Source: Saccostrea echinata (lineage: Eukaryota). From it: a stretch of DNA of 64,000 bases. Positions 62,164 to 64,000 of the stretch are shown piece by piece (position 1 is the stretch's first letter; the number at the start of each line of letters is the position of its first letter). Under the pieces are notes generated by a model, which did no database searches, was not told the origin of the DNA, and saw only the letters and a program-made list of their open reading frames with translations. The stretch covers positions 6,510,001 to 6,574,000 of the forward strand of contig NW_026889771.1 in the NCBI RefSeq assembly GCF_033153115.1. The letters run 5' to 3'. Made by a program: the position numbers and the translations under genes.

Positions 62164-63884
62164 TTAAAGAAGNNNNNNNNNNNNNNNNNNNNNNNNNNNN
62201 NNNNNNNNNNNNNNNNNNNNNNNNNNNNNNNNNNNNNNNNNNNNNNNNNNNNNNNNNNNNNNNNNNNNNNNNNNNNNNNNNNNNNNNNNNNNNNNNNNNN
62301 NNNNNNNNNNNNNTGACTTCAAACATGTTTTATCACATTTCTTACCAGCAGTTCTTTGTGTAACTGTAACAACATCTGATAACGAGATTTCTTCTCTTTG
62401 ACTTTGTTCTGGAAAAGAACATACTTTTAAAAAGCATTCACACAAATAAAAAGGCTTCAGTTACTACACATCAAATTTCTTTCATTATTTGTAGATGTTA
62501 ATGTCTGATCTAATTTTTGTACCAGAAGCTCATCATGTACTTTGTGCAGCATCAGTTGAAATGCCCTTTTCTCCTCTATTTTTATCTAGGAAAAATTGTA
62601 AACGTTTAAAAGAATATCCACATAATCATATAATAAAATTGAAATTAATAATTTATGTACAATGATTTAAAAGATAGGTATTGTTTACTTACTAAGAGCT
62701 CATTATGGAGATTTCTCATTGTCTGCTTACGAGCCTCCCTATCTTTCCATTTTTTCTGGAACAAAAAAAAATGCATTTAACTAAACGCACTGACAAATGG
62801 AAATAAATAAATGTATAATTTAGCATGTATACAGATATCTATACAAGTCTGAAATAGACATGTATAGATACCTGTATACATGCTAAATCAGTGATTTTCT
62901 TTTTCTTACCATTAGTTCCTCGTGCATTTTTGTCAGTATCTGCTGTTGGTTCTTTTTTTCCTGAATTTTTGTCTGAAAAAGACACCATAATTCTGTTTAT
63001 ATACAAGATCAGGCAATTTATTTCATTTTAGAAGAATGGCAGAAATTCCTTGACCCTCCACCCACCCCTCCCCCGAAAAAAGGTTCATCAGACATTATTC
63101 TTGAGGGGGCACAACTATAAATCAAAATAGGTTTTCTATCGTTAAGTTACCTGAGAGACCCGATTTTATTTATCCATTTATAAAATATAACACCCAATAC
63201 AGTACGTACCCAGGAACAGAAAAGGTCAATTATTTAAAAGACAAGGTAATTAAATAAAACTATTTATAATGCCAAACAAAATAAAAGTCATCAAAACATT
63301 AAAAAAAAAAAATGGCACAATTCTTAAACAGTTACATAATACTAACAGAAAATGTGTTATATAATAAGAAAAAGTATTTTCGTATGTGTAGACAAGATCT
63401 GGCATATAAGAAAAAAATTACATGTTCACCCCCACCCCTCCCCCGAAATAGTACAAGATTGGGCATATCCGCCACTAAACATAAACTGTACGCTGTTTTG
63501 ATCCTGGCAATATTATTTGGGGACCCCCACCCCCTTTGATCTCTCCGGTTTCTAACAGGTTTGTTTACCCTAGATACACAAGTCTTTATCTTACCAGCAG
63601 CTCTTCATGGATATTTCTCAGTCCATGTGCATGTATCTTATGTTGGTTTTTCTTTTCGTGGAATTTTTTCTAGAAAAACAGTATAAAATGTATTTCAAAT
63701 TAATATCAGTCTCAAAAAAATAAAATTATCCCGCGTGATCATGAACTGCTTGTATCTTTCTCTTTTATTGTCATTTTTCTTTCTGCCGTTTTTGTATATG
63801 CATGGTTCGTTTTACTTTATTTAAACTTATTACCTTCACTTCCTCGACAATTTTCTTCATTTTCTCTTGTCTTCTTTTTTCCTC
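59925..63884 (-). CDS. Unrecognised multi-exon helical/coiled-coil repeat protein built from 63-nt phase-0 exons; 5' end beyond window
   Basis: Exons 63884-63834, 63669-63595, 62972-62910, 62755-62693, 62585-62523, 62408-62346, 61220-61158, 61069-61007, 60723-60631, 60222-60082, 59984-59925 all have AG/GT boundaries, are phase 0 and are stop-free. The protein ends MPLKDRLKRFLGLK*. Confidence 0.85.
61236..61379. other. Assembly gap (N run)
   Basis: Ns in sequence. Confidence 1.
61388..62094. mobile_element. hAT-like MITE fragment with subterminal (t)attcga/tcgaat repeats, between two gaps
   Basis: The right terminus ...tcgtcgacatcccta (TAGGGATG reversed) and clusters of attcga/tcgaata at both ends. 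Confidence 0.55.
62095..62157. repeat. (TA)n microsatellite
   Basis: Pure TA run. Confidence 0.97.
62173..62313. other. Assembly gap (N run)
   Basis: Ns in sequence. Confidence 1.
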
Positions 63885-64000
63885 CTGTCGAAGAAATTTT
63901 GAAGATATTTAAAAGATCTCAATGATTTTCTTTCTGACACTTAAAGATTTTCCCCTCATGAGCAAATTTTGCAAATTATGCAAAAACTTGTATAAAATGT

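Noticed and set aside
230-63539. Most short ORFs in the six-frame track (60-130 aa), including those antisense to ZNF, LRR, DNMT3 and CCDC57 exons and those inside HINE arrays
   Set aside because: They are shadows of real exons, intronic AT-rich noise or repeat translations, with no domains or splice support.

Overview
AT-rich, intron-rich animal genomic DNA. It is probably an oyster or other bivalve, inferred from the ~166-bp satellite-like repeats carried inside Helentron/HINE-type elements. Exons were reconstructed by hand from GT-AG sites and phase continuity. Genes from left to right: a de novo DNA methyltransferase DNMT3 (minus strand; PWWP-ADD-MTase; 3' end off the left edge); a ~699-aa LRR protein with an acidic tail (minus); CCDC57 (plus); survivin/BIRC5 (minus, 4 exons); a weakly supported spliced small-ORF or lncRNA locus (minus) head-to-head with a 20-finger C2H2 gene (plus); and, at the right edge, an unrecognised gene invisible in the ORF track. 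That last gene is built from phase-0 63-nt exons, each encoding one 21-aa helical repeat ending H-x-E-L-L, and is the most novel-looking feature. Introns and intergenic DNA contain five HINE-type elements with internal tandem arrays, many MITEs (some nested), a Tc1 transposase relic, microsatellites and two assembly gaps. No prokaryotic-type systems, rRNA or tRNA were found.
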